NCBI GenBank assembly: GCA_016845825.1
Contig: JAERSJ010000108.1
Span: 1 to 47,174, forward strand
Origin: Methanobacteriota archaeon
GTDB taxonomy: Archaea; Thermoplasmatota; Poseidoniia; MGIII; CG-Epi1
Direction: 5' to 3'
DNA: 47,174 nucleotides
The notes beneath the pieces were generated by a model. It saw nothing but the letters and a program-made list of their open reading frames with translations. It had not been told where the DNA came from and did no database searches. Each line of letters starts with the position of its first letter. The first letter of the stretch is position 1. This document shows, one piece after another, positions 32,078 through 40,749 of this stretch. The position numbers and the translations under genes were made by a program.

Positions 32078-33091
32078 CTATGCCTGTCCACTGATACGGA
32101 GGGATATAAAATTAGTTAAATCAAAGAATCTGTTAACTGAATTTTCATTATCAAAATACGCCTGAAGATATAGATTGCTCCCTCTTATAAAACTATTTTC
32201 TTTAATAATAATCGAAGAGTAGCTAGAATTTTGGTGCGCTGCGGGACCTGTGTCAGAGTTTTGCACAGCATATAACCCTTTCAGATCCCCGATCTCACAT
32301 TCACTCTCCAAAATACTCCAAACCTCTTCATCCAAGGGGGACTCTAGAGTATACCGATAATCGATTATAGATACTCCAGTGTAGGGAATCAGCGTATAGT
32401 TGACATTGAAATTTTCATCCGTAACACACTCCAGTAATTTAGGTGCTACTTGCGACAAAGTGCATCCTTTTCGTTTCATCGCAACTTTTTCTAATCCTGG
32501 GGTTTGGATAAATCCGTTATGGAGTTGATATTCTGGGACATTATGGATTACGTTTACATCAGAAGAAGAAACTCCAAACAGTTTATCTAAGCGACTTGTC
32601 AACTGCACATAAGCATTGACGGTGCATGATCCATAAGAAATTACATCACTATCTGGGCTATAATCTAAGTGATTAAACCCATATACCAACATCTGGTCAG
32701 CGTTCATCGAAGTAGCTGAAATCAAGACCTTTTTAGTTCTTCCTTTCTTTAAAGACCGAGCATTATTCGCATCAGTGTATTTTCCTGAACACTCTAGGAA
32801 AATATCAGGTGAGCCAAGCCACTCAATATTATCACTATGGTCATTAGTATACTTAATTTTGATGGAGTCATTAAATACCAAGAATTCACCATCACTAGAT
32901 ACTGAAAAATTTTTATGTATCTCAACGTAAGGATCATTTTTAATAATCCCTAAAGCATGATCTATACTCAACATATCATCGTTGATATATTTCAGTTCAA
33001 ATTCACTTTTCTCTAATGAATTTAAATAATAACTCAAAAGATGTAAACCAAACCTACCAAACCCATTAATCCCACAAACTACTTTTGACAT
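32078..33091 (-). CDS. Divergent glyceraldehyde-3-phosphate dehydrogenase-family protein
   Basis: GINGFGRFG, YIND, FLECSGKYT, KKVLISA, SYGSCTVN (catalytic Cys), VIH, YFDNE. Confidence 0.85.
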   Translation of the reverse strand: MSKVVCGINGFGRFGLHLLSYYLNSLEKSEFELKYINDDMLSIDHALGIIKNDPYVEIHKNFSVSSDGEFLVFNDSIKIKYTNDHSDNIEWLGSPDIFLECSGKYTDANNARSLKKGRTKKVLISATSMNADQMLVYGFNHLDYSPDSDVISYGSCTVNAYVQLTSRLDKLFGVSSSDVNVIHNVPEYQLHNGFIQTPGLEKVAMKRKGCTLSQVAPKLLECVTDENFNVNYTLIPYTGVSIIDYRYTLESPLDEEVWSILESECEIGDLKGLYAVQNSDTGPAAHQNSSYSSIIIKENSFIRGSNLYLQAYFDNENSVNRFFDLTNFISLRISGQA

Positions 33092-33135
33092 ACTTTCACC
33101 TCAAATAAAAAACCATAGCTAACTCATCACTGCGT

Positions 33136-35079
33136 TCAGCCTCTAACTGAACTCGAAATTGCCTCTTGAGCAGAATCAATGTCAAATTTTGTATTATTAA
33201 AGCTAATCATTCGACTTTCTGCGAACTCTACACTCTCCCCAATCAAACTGGATAACTTAGTCAGATAACTGGCCATCTGGTCGTCAGTGCCATGAGCCTT
33301 GAAAACCTCCAGTCGTTTAATTGAGCCCAACTTCAATAGCAAGTCTTCTGGCTCAATTTCATCACTACGCGACGCGACCAGTCGATTATCTTTAAATGCA
33401 ACTAGATAATCTCCAATAGCGAGATAATCCATACACCCTTCCAGCAGGTGCTCTACCGCTTGGCGCGGAGTAGAAATAGTTGCTATGCCATGCCTGTTAA
33501 AGCTGGTGTTCAGTAGCACCGGGATACCCGTCAATTTCTTAAATTCGTTAATCAATTCCCAATACAGAGAATTCTCTGATTTTCTAACCGAATGAACTCT
33601 TGATGTACCATCAACATGAACAGCTGAAGGAACTTTATCAACCATTGTGCTTTTCATATTAAATGCAACTTGCATATACGGGGAATAATGTTCCTGCTCC
33701 ACCCAATTGGAGCACTCTTCCTCCAGTATGGACGGAGCATAAGGCATGAACCAATCACGTTTTTTCAGCAACTGATTGATTTTTTCTTTAGATCTAATAT
33801 CTCTTGGGTCCGCCACGAGAGATCGCGCACCGAGTGAACGCGGTCCAAACTCTGCCTTCCCTTGAAACCATCCAACCGATGCGCCCTCACTAAGTTTTTT
33901 TGCGACAACTTTTGTGATATCAGAACATGAGGTATAAACCAGTCTATGCCTAACTAGTACCTCTTCAATTTCTGTCGACGAGAAAGACGGACCTATAAAT
34001 GCTGACAACACTTCCGCTGGCTTCCAGTTAGAGCGATTCTTGACGTGTAAGGCTGCCCCCAATGAAAGTCCAGAATCCGACGGCCCAGAAGGGAAGTAAA
34101 CATTATCAAAACCCGCATCTAAGAGCGCTTTATTTAATGCGACGTTTTGGAACAATCCCCCACTAAACACAATATTTTTGCTTTCAGTCTCCTCTCGCAG
34201 TAATTCAACCAATTTAAGAACAGACTCCTGCAGAATTTGCTCCCCTGTGGCAGCAATATCATGTGGTAGATATTCAATACCAAAACGCAGCATATTAGTA
34301 TCACTTGGATATTGACTAAATATTTTAGTTCTGTCATAGGAATCAGCACGAATTTTAGCCAAATTAACTTGAGTTTGACTAAAACGCTTTCGATCAAATG
34401 TTGCGCCACCTTCCTTGGTTATTGAAATCAGCTTTGAAATTTCTTTCTTTAAATCTGGCTGGACTTCTCCGTAAGACGCAAGGCCGGAGGTTTTACCATT
34501 ATCATCACCCGAAAAACCCAAGGAATCAGTTAACAGCGAATGAAAATTAGCAATAGTATTCACCCCTGTCGCCTCAAATTTTACATTAAATTTATTATTT
34601 ACAAAGTCCCCAAATACGTAACCACGGGGATCTCCAAAATCTCCCCCTCCATCCATACATAAAAAGGCGCATTCAGAAAACCCTGAACCGTAAGCCGCCA
34701 AAGAGGCATGACTCAACTGATGATCAACAAATTCAACATGCTCATAAAACCACCTTTCAAAATCATCTAATGTTCCGGTATATGCCTTAAAAAACCAACT
34801 AAAGAATGTATGATAATCCTTAAGTTTAATTTGAGATTTTGGAGTAGGAAAAACCCATTTTTCTACTTGATCGGGAGTTATACCTAGCTCCTTAAAACCA
34901 AGCATTAGGGTTCTCTCCGGAAATTTGGATGTCCCGTCATTCTTAACTGTGGTGACCTTTCCTTCCTCGTAGGAAAAAACTTGCTCGCCATTTAAAATAC
35001 TTGCATTAAATTCATGTCTATCCTGAACATCAAAAGGGCAAGGATATAAGGACGCGATTATCATAATTGCTAACTCCAA
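33136..35079 (-). CDS. O-carbamoyltransferase (NodU/CmcH/TobZ family)
   Basis: HQLSHA, DGGGD, SGGLFQNVALN, PSDSGLSLGAA, WFQGKAEFGPRSLGARS, HVDGTSR, NTSFN. Confidence 0.93.
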   Translation of the reverse strand: MELAIMIIASLYPCPFDVQDRHEFNASILNGEQVFSYEEGKVTTVKNDGTSKFPERTLMLGFKELGITPDQVEKWVFPTPKSQIKLKDYHTFFSWFFKAYTGTLDDFERWFYEHVEFVDHQLSHASLAAYGSGFSECAFLCMDGGGDFGDPRGYVFGDFVNNKFNVKFEATGVNTIANFHSLLTDSLGFSGDDNGKTSGLASYGEVQPDLKKEISKLISITKEGGATFDRKRFSQTQVNLAKIRADSYDRTKIFSQYPSDTNMLRFGIEYLPHDIAATGEQILQESVLKLVELLREETESKNIVFSGGLFQNVALNKALLDAGFDNVYFPSGPSDSGLSLGAALHVKNRSNWKPAEVLSAFIGPSFSSTEIEEVLVRHRLVYTSCSDITKVVAKKLSEGASVGWFQGKAEFGPRSLGARSLVADPRDIRSKEKINQLLKKRDWFMPYAPSILEEECSNWVEQEHYSPYMQVAFNMKSTMVDKVPSAVHVDGTSRVHSVRKSENSLYWELINEFKKLTGIPVLLNTSFNRHGIATISTPRQAVEHLLEGCMDYLAIGDYLVAFKDNRLVASRSDEIEPEDLLLKLGSIKRLEVFKAHGTDDQMASYLTKLSSLIGESVEFAESRMISFNNTKFDIDSAQEAISSSVRG

Positions 35080-35574
35080 ATTTATCTAAAAGAGATTACT
35101 AAAACGGGTAAAATTGACAATATCTAATAGCTCAGCTACCCACTCCAATCAGACTAAGTCACTTTCAACTGACTCAGCGTTATCAAATACGCAATATCTT
35201 GCATTCCAAATATGGCAACCCAGCTATTACTCTCACTTTGCACCCAAACGGGAGGCATTTTTAGAGCTTATTCCATGGGATCTAACGAACTCTCTTCCCG
35301 CCCGCAAGGTAGAAATATTAACGATTGCACCACGACCTGTTAAACCAAAAGTCAGGAGCGCCAAAAGAGCAATAACCAAGTGTTTTTGAGCATACTCTTA
35401 CTCGGGATATTGGTAGGCCTCTAAAGCTATCTCGAAAAACCTATATTTTACAAGAACTTCGTGCTTTCAGCCATTAATTTTGCAATCAACAAACCGACAA
35501 TCGTTACTTTTAATATTTACGTTAGGCTCACCCCGTCGTAACAACTTACTTGTAACACGTATCTGTATAAACCC

Positions 35575-35727
35575 TTACAGCGTCAATCGACTTGGTGCGT
35601 TAAAATTTCCCACGACAGGCACATCGAACCCAGACGTAATAGCTTTTTTAGACAGCTTGGACACGCCGCTGACACCCCAAAGCATTAGAAGCATTCCAAC
35701 AAGCAGTATCAATGAGAATCTGTTCAT
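35575..35727 (-). CDS. 50-aa small ORF with signal/TM segment (small protein or truncated remnant)
   Basis: Manual translation MNRFSLILLVGMLLMLWGVSGVSKLSKKAITSGFDVPVVGNFNAPSRLTL*, 12 bp after the galU stop; shorter than any ORF in the track. Confidence 0.35.
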   Translation of the reverse strand: MNRFSLILLVGMLLMLWGVSGVSKLSKKAITSGFDVPVVGNFNAPSRLTL

Positions 35728-35739
35728 AGGGTCAACTAT

Positions 35740-36636
35740 CTACCAGGCGTTTGATTCAAAGAGTTTCTTTATGACTGATTTAGTTTCAGCATCTCTCATA
35801 CCCACCGCCAGGTTTGCACCCAAGAATCCCTGCTTGTTTCCACAGTCATGGATCTCGGCATCCGTCTCAAGGGCGTTCAAACCCTCAAGCTTAAGAAGCT
35901 CATCCAGTGCATCGGTCAGCTGAATCTCTCCACCCACACCAGGAGTCGTACTCTCAAGAAGCTCAAGCACCCTAGAGGGCAATACATAACGACCCAGTAC
36001 CGCCAAGTTGGATGGCGCATCCTTTAGTGAGGGCTTCTCAACGAGCCCATTAACAGGCTGACTTTTAAAGGGCTCGGCTAACTCACCGTTCAGGTCCGCA
36101 ATGCCGTAGCTCTCCACGGCATCAGGCTGGACACGCTCGACCATGACCTGGCCTGTGCCCGTCTTATCCCAAGCCTTTACCAGCTGGGCGAAACTATAGT
36201 TATTGTCCCTTGACTCTTGGTCAAGGACCAACACATCCGGCAACAGGACAGCGAAGGGCTCGTTATTTAAAAGGTGCTTGGCACAAAGAACCGCATGGCC
36301 CAGGCCCAACGCATCACTCTGTCTAACCGAGAAGATTTTAATACCCTCAGGAACAACATTCTTCACCGTGCCCAGAATCGTTTCCTTACCCTTTCTCTCC
36401 AGACGGTGCTCAAGCTCGTAGTGCGCATCAAAGTGGTTCTCGATGGCCTCTTTGCCACTTCGTGTCACAAAAATAATCTCCGTAACACCGCCCGCGATGG
36501 CCTCCTTGACCACATGCTCAATAATCGGGCGGTCAAATACGGGGAGCAACTCCTTGGGTATGGCCTTTGTCGCAGGCAGCATGCGCGTGCCAAGGCCCGC
36601 GACAGGGATGACTGCTTTTTTTATTTTAGCTACCAT
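35740..36636 (-). CDS. galU: UTP--glucose-1-phosphate uridylyltransferase
   Basis: KAVIPVAGLGTRMLPATKAIPKE, GLGHAVLCA, VEKP, GGEIQLTDA, DCGNKQG. Confidence 0.97.
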   Translation of the reverse strand: MVAKIKKAVIPVAGLGTRMLPATKAIPKELLPVFDRPIIEHVVKEAIAGGVTEIIFVTRSGKEAIENHFDAHYELEHRLERKGKETILGTVKNVVPEGIKIFSVRQSDALGLGHAVLCAKHLLNNEPFAVLLPDVLVLDQESRDNNYSFAQLVKAWDKTGTGQVMVERVQPDAVESYGIADLNGELAEPFKSQPVNGLVEKPSLKDAPSNLAVLGRYVLPSRVLELLESTTPGVGGEIQLTDALDELLKLEGLNALETDAEIHDCGNKQGFLGANLAVGMRDAETKSVIKKLFESNAW

Positions 36637-36686
36637 GGCTTACCCTTTAGATTCAAAACAGTGAATGCTACTGATTATCAACAGCA

Positions 36687-37682
36687 CTATATATCAAATT
36701 TTGTCTTAATAAGATCGAATTCCTGCGCCTCAAGTCGAGGCCCAAATTGTGCAACCACCCTGGCGGCACAGTCATTGGCCAAGTCAGCCGCCCAGCCATA
36801 ACTTCTACCTGAGGTGATGGCATACAGGAAGGCACCTGCAAACATATCACCCGCGCCATTGGTATCAATGGCCTCTGCCTTAACACCCTCAGACTGATTA
36901 AGAGAGTTACCATCAAAGGTAACGGCACCCTTAGCGCCATCGGTGATGGCGAAGGTCTTTGTGTACCGCTTAAGGCTCTCTGCGGCCGCGTCTAAGGTCT
37001 CGGTACCAGTAAAGGCCATGGCCTCGTCCTTATTACAAAAGATCAGATCCACCCCATCCCCTATCACTTGCCTCAGGGCATCACCAAAGACTGACACCAC
37101 AAAGGGGTCTGACAGGCTGATTGCAACCTTAACACCATTAGCCTTGGCTAGCTCAACGGCAGCTTTTGTGGCCGCTGTTCTTGCCTCGTCGGTGACCAAG
37201 TAACCCTCAACATAGAACCACTCTGAATTTACTAGCGCGGCCTGATCAATCTCACGTGCTGATAAGTCCTCGCCCGCGCCTAAGAAGGTGCTCATGGTTC
37301 GCTCAGCATCATCGGTCACCATGACCAGACACTTGCCGGTAATGCCTGGCTCCTGGCCTGCAGAATGAAAGTCGACACCTGCCTCTTTTAAGTCATCAAT
37401 ATAAAGCTGACCATCAGTATCATCAGCCACCTTGCCACTAAAAAAAGTTTGAGCGCCCAAACTACTGGCGCCTACAACCGAGTTACAGACAGAGCCACCA
37501 CACTTGCGGAGCATGGAACCAGTCTCAGCTGAAAGAGCTCCTAGCAGTTCAGTCTGTCGAGCCTCATCAACCAATGTCATGACGCCCTTATCAATGCTTG
37601 CATTGGCCAGAAAAGCATCAGACACCTCAACCTCCGTGTCCACCAGTGCCGCGCCAATGCCATAGATATCGTACTTTGTCAT
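36687..37682 (-). CDS. PfkB-family kinase (adenosine kinase-like)
   Basis: GIGAALVD, GGSVCNS, ERTMSTFLG, EGYL, DTNGAGDMFAGAF. Confidence 0.9.
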   Translation of the reverse strand: MTKYDIYGIGAALVDTEVEVSDAFLANASIDKGVMTLVDEARQTELLGALSAETGSMLRKCGGSVCNSVVGASSLGAQTFFSGKVADDTDGQLYIDDLKEAGVDFHSAGQEPGITGKCLVMVTDDAERTMSTFLGAGEDLSAREIDQAALVNSEWFYVEGYLVTDEARTAATKAAVELAKANGVKVAISLSDPFVVSVFGDALRQVIGDGVDLIFCNKDEAMAFTGTETLDAAAESLKRYTKTFAITDGAKGAVTFDGNSLNQSEGVKAEAIDTNGAGDMFAGAFLYAITSGRSYGWAADLANDCAARVVAQFGPRLEAQEFDLIKTKFDI

Positions 37683-38020
37683 TTCTTATTCATCTCTTGC
37701 TGTTGACGAACCTCTTCCTGTAAATGGGCGATTTCTTGCTGTAGCTCGTTATATTCCCTCTGCTTTCTCACCAAGAACCGAGCCGTGATGGCGGCCTTCT
37801 CCGCGATACCCATGGGCGTGAGCAGGTAGGCATAGCCCCACTTATTATCGGACTTTTGAAAGTTATCCAGCTTAACCCAGCCCACATCAATTAGAGACTT
37901 AACCAGGTAATGGGTTTTACCCAAGCTAATACCCAGCTCCTTAGCTAGCTGGCGCTGAGTAAGATCAGGTTGCTGCTCAAGGATCTTGAGCGCGCGATAT
38001 TCGAGCTCTTGGTTTGACAT
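37679..38020 (-). CDS. EPS-associated MarR-family transcriptional regulator
   Basis: TQRQLAKELGISLGKTHY, NFQKSDNKWGYAYLLTPMGIAEK..IT.RFL.RK..EY..L. Confidence 0.92.
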   Translation of the reverse strand: MSNQELEYRALKILEQQPDLTQRQLAKELGISLGKTHYLVKSLIDVGWVKLDNFQKSDNKWGYAYLLTPMGIAEKAAITARFLVRKQREYNELQQEIAHLQEEVRQQQEMNKK

Positions 38021-38053
38021 AAATAAGGAGGATGAGTCGTTTATAGTTTCAGG

Positions 38054-38065
38054 CAGGCTACCGCA
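38054..38065 (-). promoter_or_regulatory. ops-like (RfaH recruitment) element
   Basis: Minus strand TGCGGTAGCCTG versus consensus GGCGGTAGnnTG (9 of 10 fixed positions), ending 33 bp before the MarR start of a long polysaccharide operon. Confidence 0.65.
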
Positions 38066-38126
38066 GGACCCTGTGGCAACAGAACCCTACATGACGAAAA
38101 ACATCACACATCACGGGTCTTTCGCG

Positions 38127-38170
38127 TGTTCATATAATGAACAAGATAGCATAAGTGAATAAGATTACAA
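38127..38170 (-). promoter_or_regulatory. Sigma70-like promoter with overlapping palindromic operator, proximal copy
   Basis: TTGTAA (38170-38165), 16-bp spacer ending TGC, TATCTT (38148-38143); palindrome TGTTCA-TATAA-TGAACA at 38127-38143. Confidence 0.65.
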
Positions 38171-38215
38171 GTTTGAAGCACCAATATACGAACTATATTA
38201 TCGCTTACTCTGGAA

Positions 38216-38259
38216 TGTTCACTCTATGAACAACATATCATAAATGAATAATATTACAA
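38216..38259 (-). promoter_or_regulatory. Sigma70-like promoter with overlapping palindromic operator, distal copy
   Basis: TTGTAA (38259-38254), 16-bp spacer ending TGA, TATGTT (38237-38232); palindrome TGTTCA-CTCTA-TGAACA at 38216-38232; offset 89 bp from the proximal copy. Confidence 0.65.
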
Positions 38260-38293
38260 ATATAAAGTATCGGAATGTTAACTAGGTACGCTT

Positions 38294-39400
38294 TTATTGG
38301 GAATTATTTGAGGGTTTTCCGGCACTGATAAAGATCAAGCCATAGAGACCACACTGAGCCAGAAAAACAAAAAACCAGAGATTGCTTGAGATTGGGATTA
38401 AACCACCGACATAGCCTCCCAACGCAACCCCAGAACTGCCTAAAGCTATTGATAAACCCGTGGCAGAATTTGCCATGTTTTTAGACTTAAACAGGGACTT
38501 AAAGTATGCATGAACACGATTATGGAGGTGATCATTATCTGGCGCCATCATGGGTTGGCCATCAAGGCGCCTGCGAATGATACTGACAATGAAATCAAAG
38601 CAAGGGTAGAAAAACAGAACTGCCAAGAATGAGAGGGACACCGCCCCCTCACTAAAGGCGGTCAAGCCAGTGAGCAGCATGGCCGAACCAATGCCATAGG
38701 CTCCAGCATCACCCAGAAATAGACGCCCTGAGACCACGTTAAAGATTAGAAATAAACTCGCCCCGTACAAGCCTGCGGGGAGTGCGATTCCATCCATCTC
38801 TGCAGTGAATATGTAACAATTAATGACAAAAATACCAACCACCAAACCATTGGCACCATCAACCGTGTTCACCGCATTGATAAACCCTACGGAGAAAAAA
38901 AGACAAACCACGAAAGCAACAAAAGGAATACTCAGCAACCAATCTACACCAGGCAATCCGATACCGCTAGGTACCAGTTGTGGCGCTAATAAGAAAACGA
39001 CCACTAGCACCAAGGCCTTGCTGATCAATCGAAATCTGGGGGATAAACTGTTATTGCGCAGGTCTTCAATCAAACCAAGGGCAAAGCATCCAGCCGCACC
39101 TAACCATATGGGCCAGTTGCCCTGCACCTGAGAAAAAACCTCTGGCGCTGTGTCAGCATTGAACATAAAAAGGGCCAAGGATATTAAGACACCCAGCACC
39201 AGAGCCACCCCGCCTAGGCGCGAGGCTTGCACCTCTGCAATGCCATGCTTGTCCACAGCATCTGATGCATAACTCTGCAACGTCATCCACTGCATGAGCA
39301 AGATAATAATTAAACCGCCAACACCAAAAGCCGCGGTTGCCAAAAGAGACATTACCGCAAGCTTAGAGAGCTCGCGCCCGGAGAGAGTGAATAAGTTCAA
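38294..39400 (-). CDS. MraY/WecA-family polyprenyl-phosphate HexNAc-1-phosphate transferase, paralogue 2
   Basis: SRLGG, LGLIEDL, INAVNTVDGANGL, LFLGDAGAY, PDNDHLHNR; polytopic membrane protein. Confidence 0.88.
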   Translation of the reverse strand: MNLFTLSGRELSKLAVMSLLATAAFGVGGLIIILLMQWMTLQSYASDAVDKHGIAEVQASRLGGVALVLGVLISLALFMFNADTAPEVFSQVQGNWPIWLGAAGCFALGLIEDLRNNSLSPRFRLISKALVLVVVFLLAPQLVPSGIGLPGVDWLLSIPFVAFVVCLFFSVGFINAVNTVDGANGLVVGIFVINCYIFTAEMDGIALPAGLYGASLFLIFNVVSGRLFLGDAGAYGIGSAMLLTGLTAFSEGAVSLSFLAVLFFYPCFDFIVSIIRRRLDGQPMMAPDNDHLHNRVHAYFKSLFKSKNMANSATGLSIALGSSGVALGGYVGGLIPISSNLWFFVFLAQCGLYGLIFISAGKPSNNSQ

Positions 39401-39513
39401 TGCTTAAATCCCTATCAATTTAAAGGCAATCTGAGTCCTGTCAGAGAGCTATTTGAAACTGCATAGAAGTATATCTTCTTTATAGCTTATTATCCAGCGA
39501 ACAAACTAAATAA

Positions 39514-40641
39514 TCAAAGCCTAAGCTCATATTGAACGTTCACGCGGCCTAAACCTGTTAGATAAAAGACGGTCCAGTAACCAATACACTGGAATAGGAA
39601 AAGCCAAGCCCAGAGGTCGCTAGTCACTGGCCACCACTGATAAATGTACCCCACAGCAGTTAACCCAGAGGATGAGGCCACCACAAGGCCACCAGTCATA
39701 GAGTTAGCCAAGGTTTTTGATGGTAGCCAACGCTGGAAGTGATAGTGAATACGATTGTGCAAATGATCATTATCAGGCAAGAAGATTGACCGGCCCGCCC
39801 CATAGCGGCGTGCCAAGGTCATGATAAAATCAATGCAAGGGTAAGCGAAAAGACAGGCCAAAAAAGCAGCAGAGAAAATATCATCGTAAAAAAGATACAA
39901 CCCTGAAATCGCCAGAGAGGCGCCAAGGCCATAGGCCCCGGCATCGCCTAAAAAGAGTCGCCCTGAGATGACGTTGAAAATAGTAAACACTGCACACGCG
40001 GTCATCATGGCGGCATAAACAAATTCACCCGTACTCACATAAAAAAGGCTGAAGGCGATGGTCATTACGCCCGCTATGAGCCCGTTAGCGCCATCTGCCA
40101 TATTGATCGAATTAACAAATCCTACACAGAATATTACCGTCAGTAGCCAGCCAATAACTGGCAACCCCATAAGGACGTGAAGACCGGGAATACCCAAATC
40201 AACAGGAATTAACGCGGGCCATACCGCTATAGTCACGGCGAATATTCCAAACTCTGCATACAACCGAAACCGAGGACTCAAGTAATTGTTGTGCAGATCT
40301 TCTACCAGCCCAAGGAAGGCACAGCACCCCACGGCGATCCAATCAACCCAGTAAGGGCCGGCCGGCCCACCAGAGGCATCACCAAAGTAGTCACTAAAAT
40401 AGCCGGCAACCGACAGGCCTAACCAGCTCGCAAATATTGCCGCACCACCAAGCCGGGAAGCAGAAACGCGCGAAATACCGTGCTTATCAACAGCGTCATG
40501 AGCATAACTTTGTCGAGTAATCCACTGCAAAAAAATCATGATCATCAGGCCAGATAGACCGAAGAATATCACGGCAAGAAGCATCATCACTGAGAGCTTA
40601 GCAAGATCCATCTCTGTGAGCACGAAAAGGGGTTTAGTCAT
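39514..40641 (-). CDS. MraY/WecA-family polyprenyl-phosphate HexNAc-1-phosphate transferase, paralogue 1
   Basis: SRLGG, LGLVEDL, VNSINMADGANGL, LFLGDAGAY, PDNDHLHNR. Confidence 0.88.
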   Translation of the reverse strand: MTKPLFVLTEMDLAKLSVMMLLAVIFFGLSGLMIMIFLQWITRQSYAHDAVDKHGISRVSASRLGGAAIFASWLGLSVAGYFSDYFGDASGGPAGPYWVDWIAVGCCAFLGLVEDLHNNYLSPRFRLYAEFGIFAVTIAVWPALIPVDLGIPGLHVLMGLPVIGWLLTVIFCVGFVNSINMADGANGLIAGVMTIAFSLFYVSTGEFVYAAMMTACAVFTIFNVISGRLFLGDAGAYGLGASLAISGLYLFYDDIFSAAFLACLFAYPCIDFIMTLARRYGAGRSIFLPDNDHLHNRIHYHFQRWLPSKTLANSMTGGLVVASSSGLTAVGYIYQWWPVTSDLWAWLFLFQCIGYWTVFYLTGLGRVNVQYELRL

Positions 40642-40749
40642 GCATTTTTACGATGTTAATAGAAGTACATCCTCCATCAAACATTGCGTTAAGCCGAGTA
40701 TAAATCCACCAAGCATCCTAGATTTGCAGACGCAAGAAGCCATAAAGAT

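Noticed and set aside
32078..33091. Housekeeping gapA or epd
   Set aside because: Substrate-site motifs are diverged and the context is a low-GC island without glycolytic neighbours.
22767..33091. Secreted phosphonate antibiotic or NRPS/PKS cluster
   Set aside because: No condensation or ketosynthase domains, and the genes are interleaved with flippase, Wzy/WaaL-like and sugar-nucleotide genes; glycan tailoring fits better.
35132..35143. Second ops-like site (GTGGGTAGCTGA, minus strand) before the carbamoyltransferase
   Set aside because: Only the GGTAG core and one other fixed base match; too weak.
35114..35389. 91-aa plus-strand ORF in the boundary gap
   Set aside because: TTG start, opposite orientation to the whole locus and no recognisable motif; cannot be supported.
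38127..38290. Spaced repeats as a mini-CRISPR array
   Set aside because: Only two imperfect copies, no cas genes, and the conserved bases fit promoter and operator elements.
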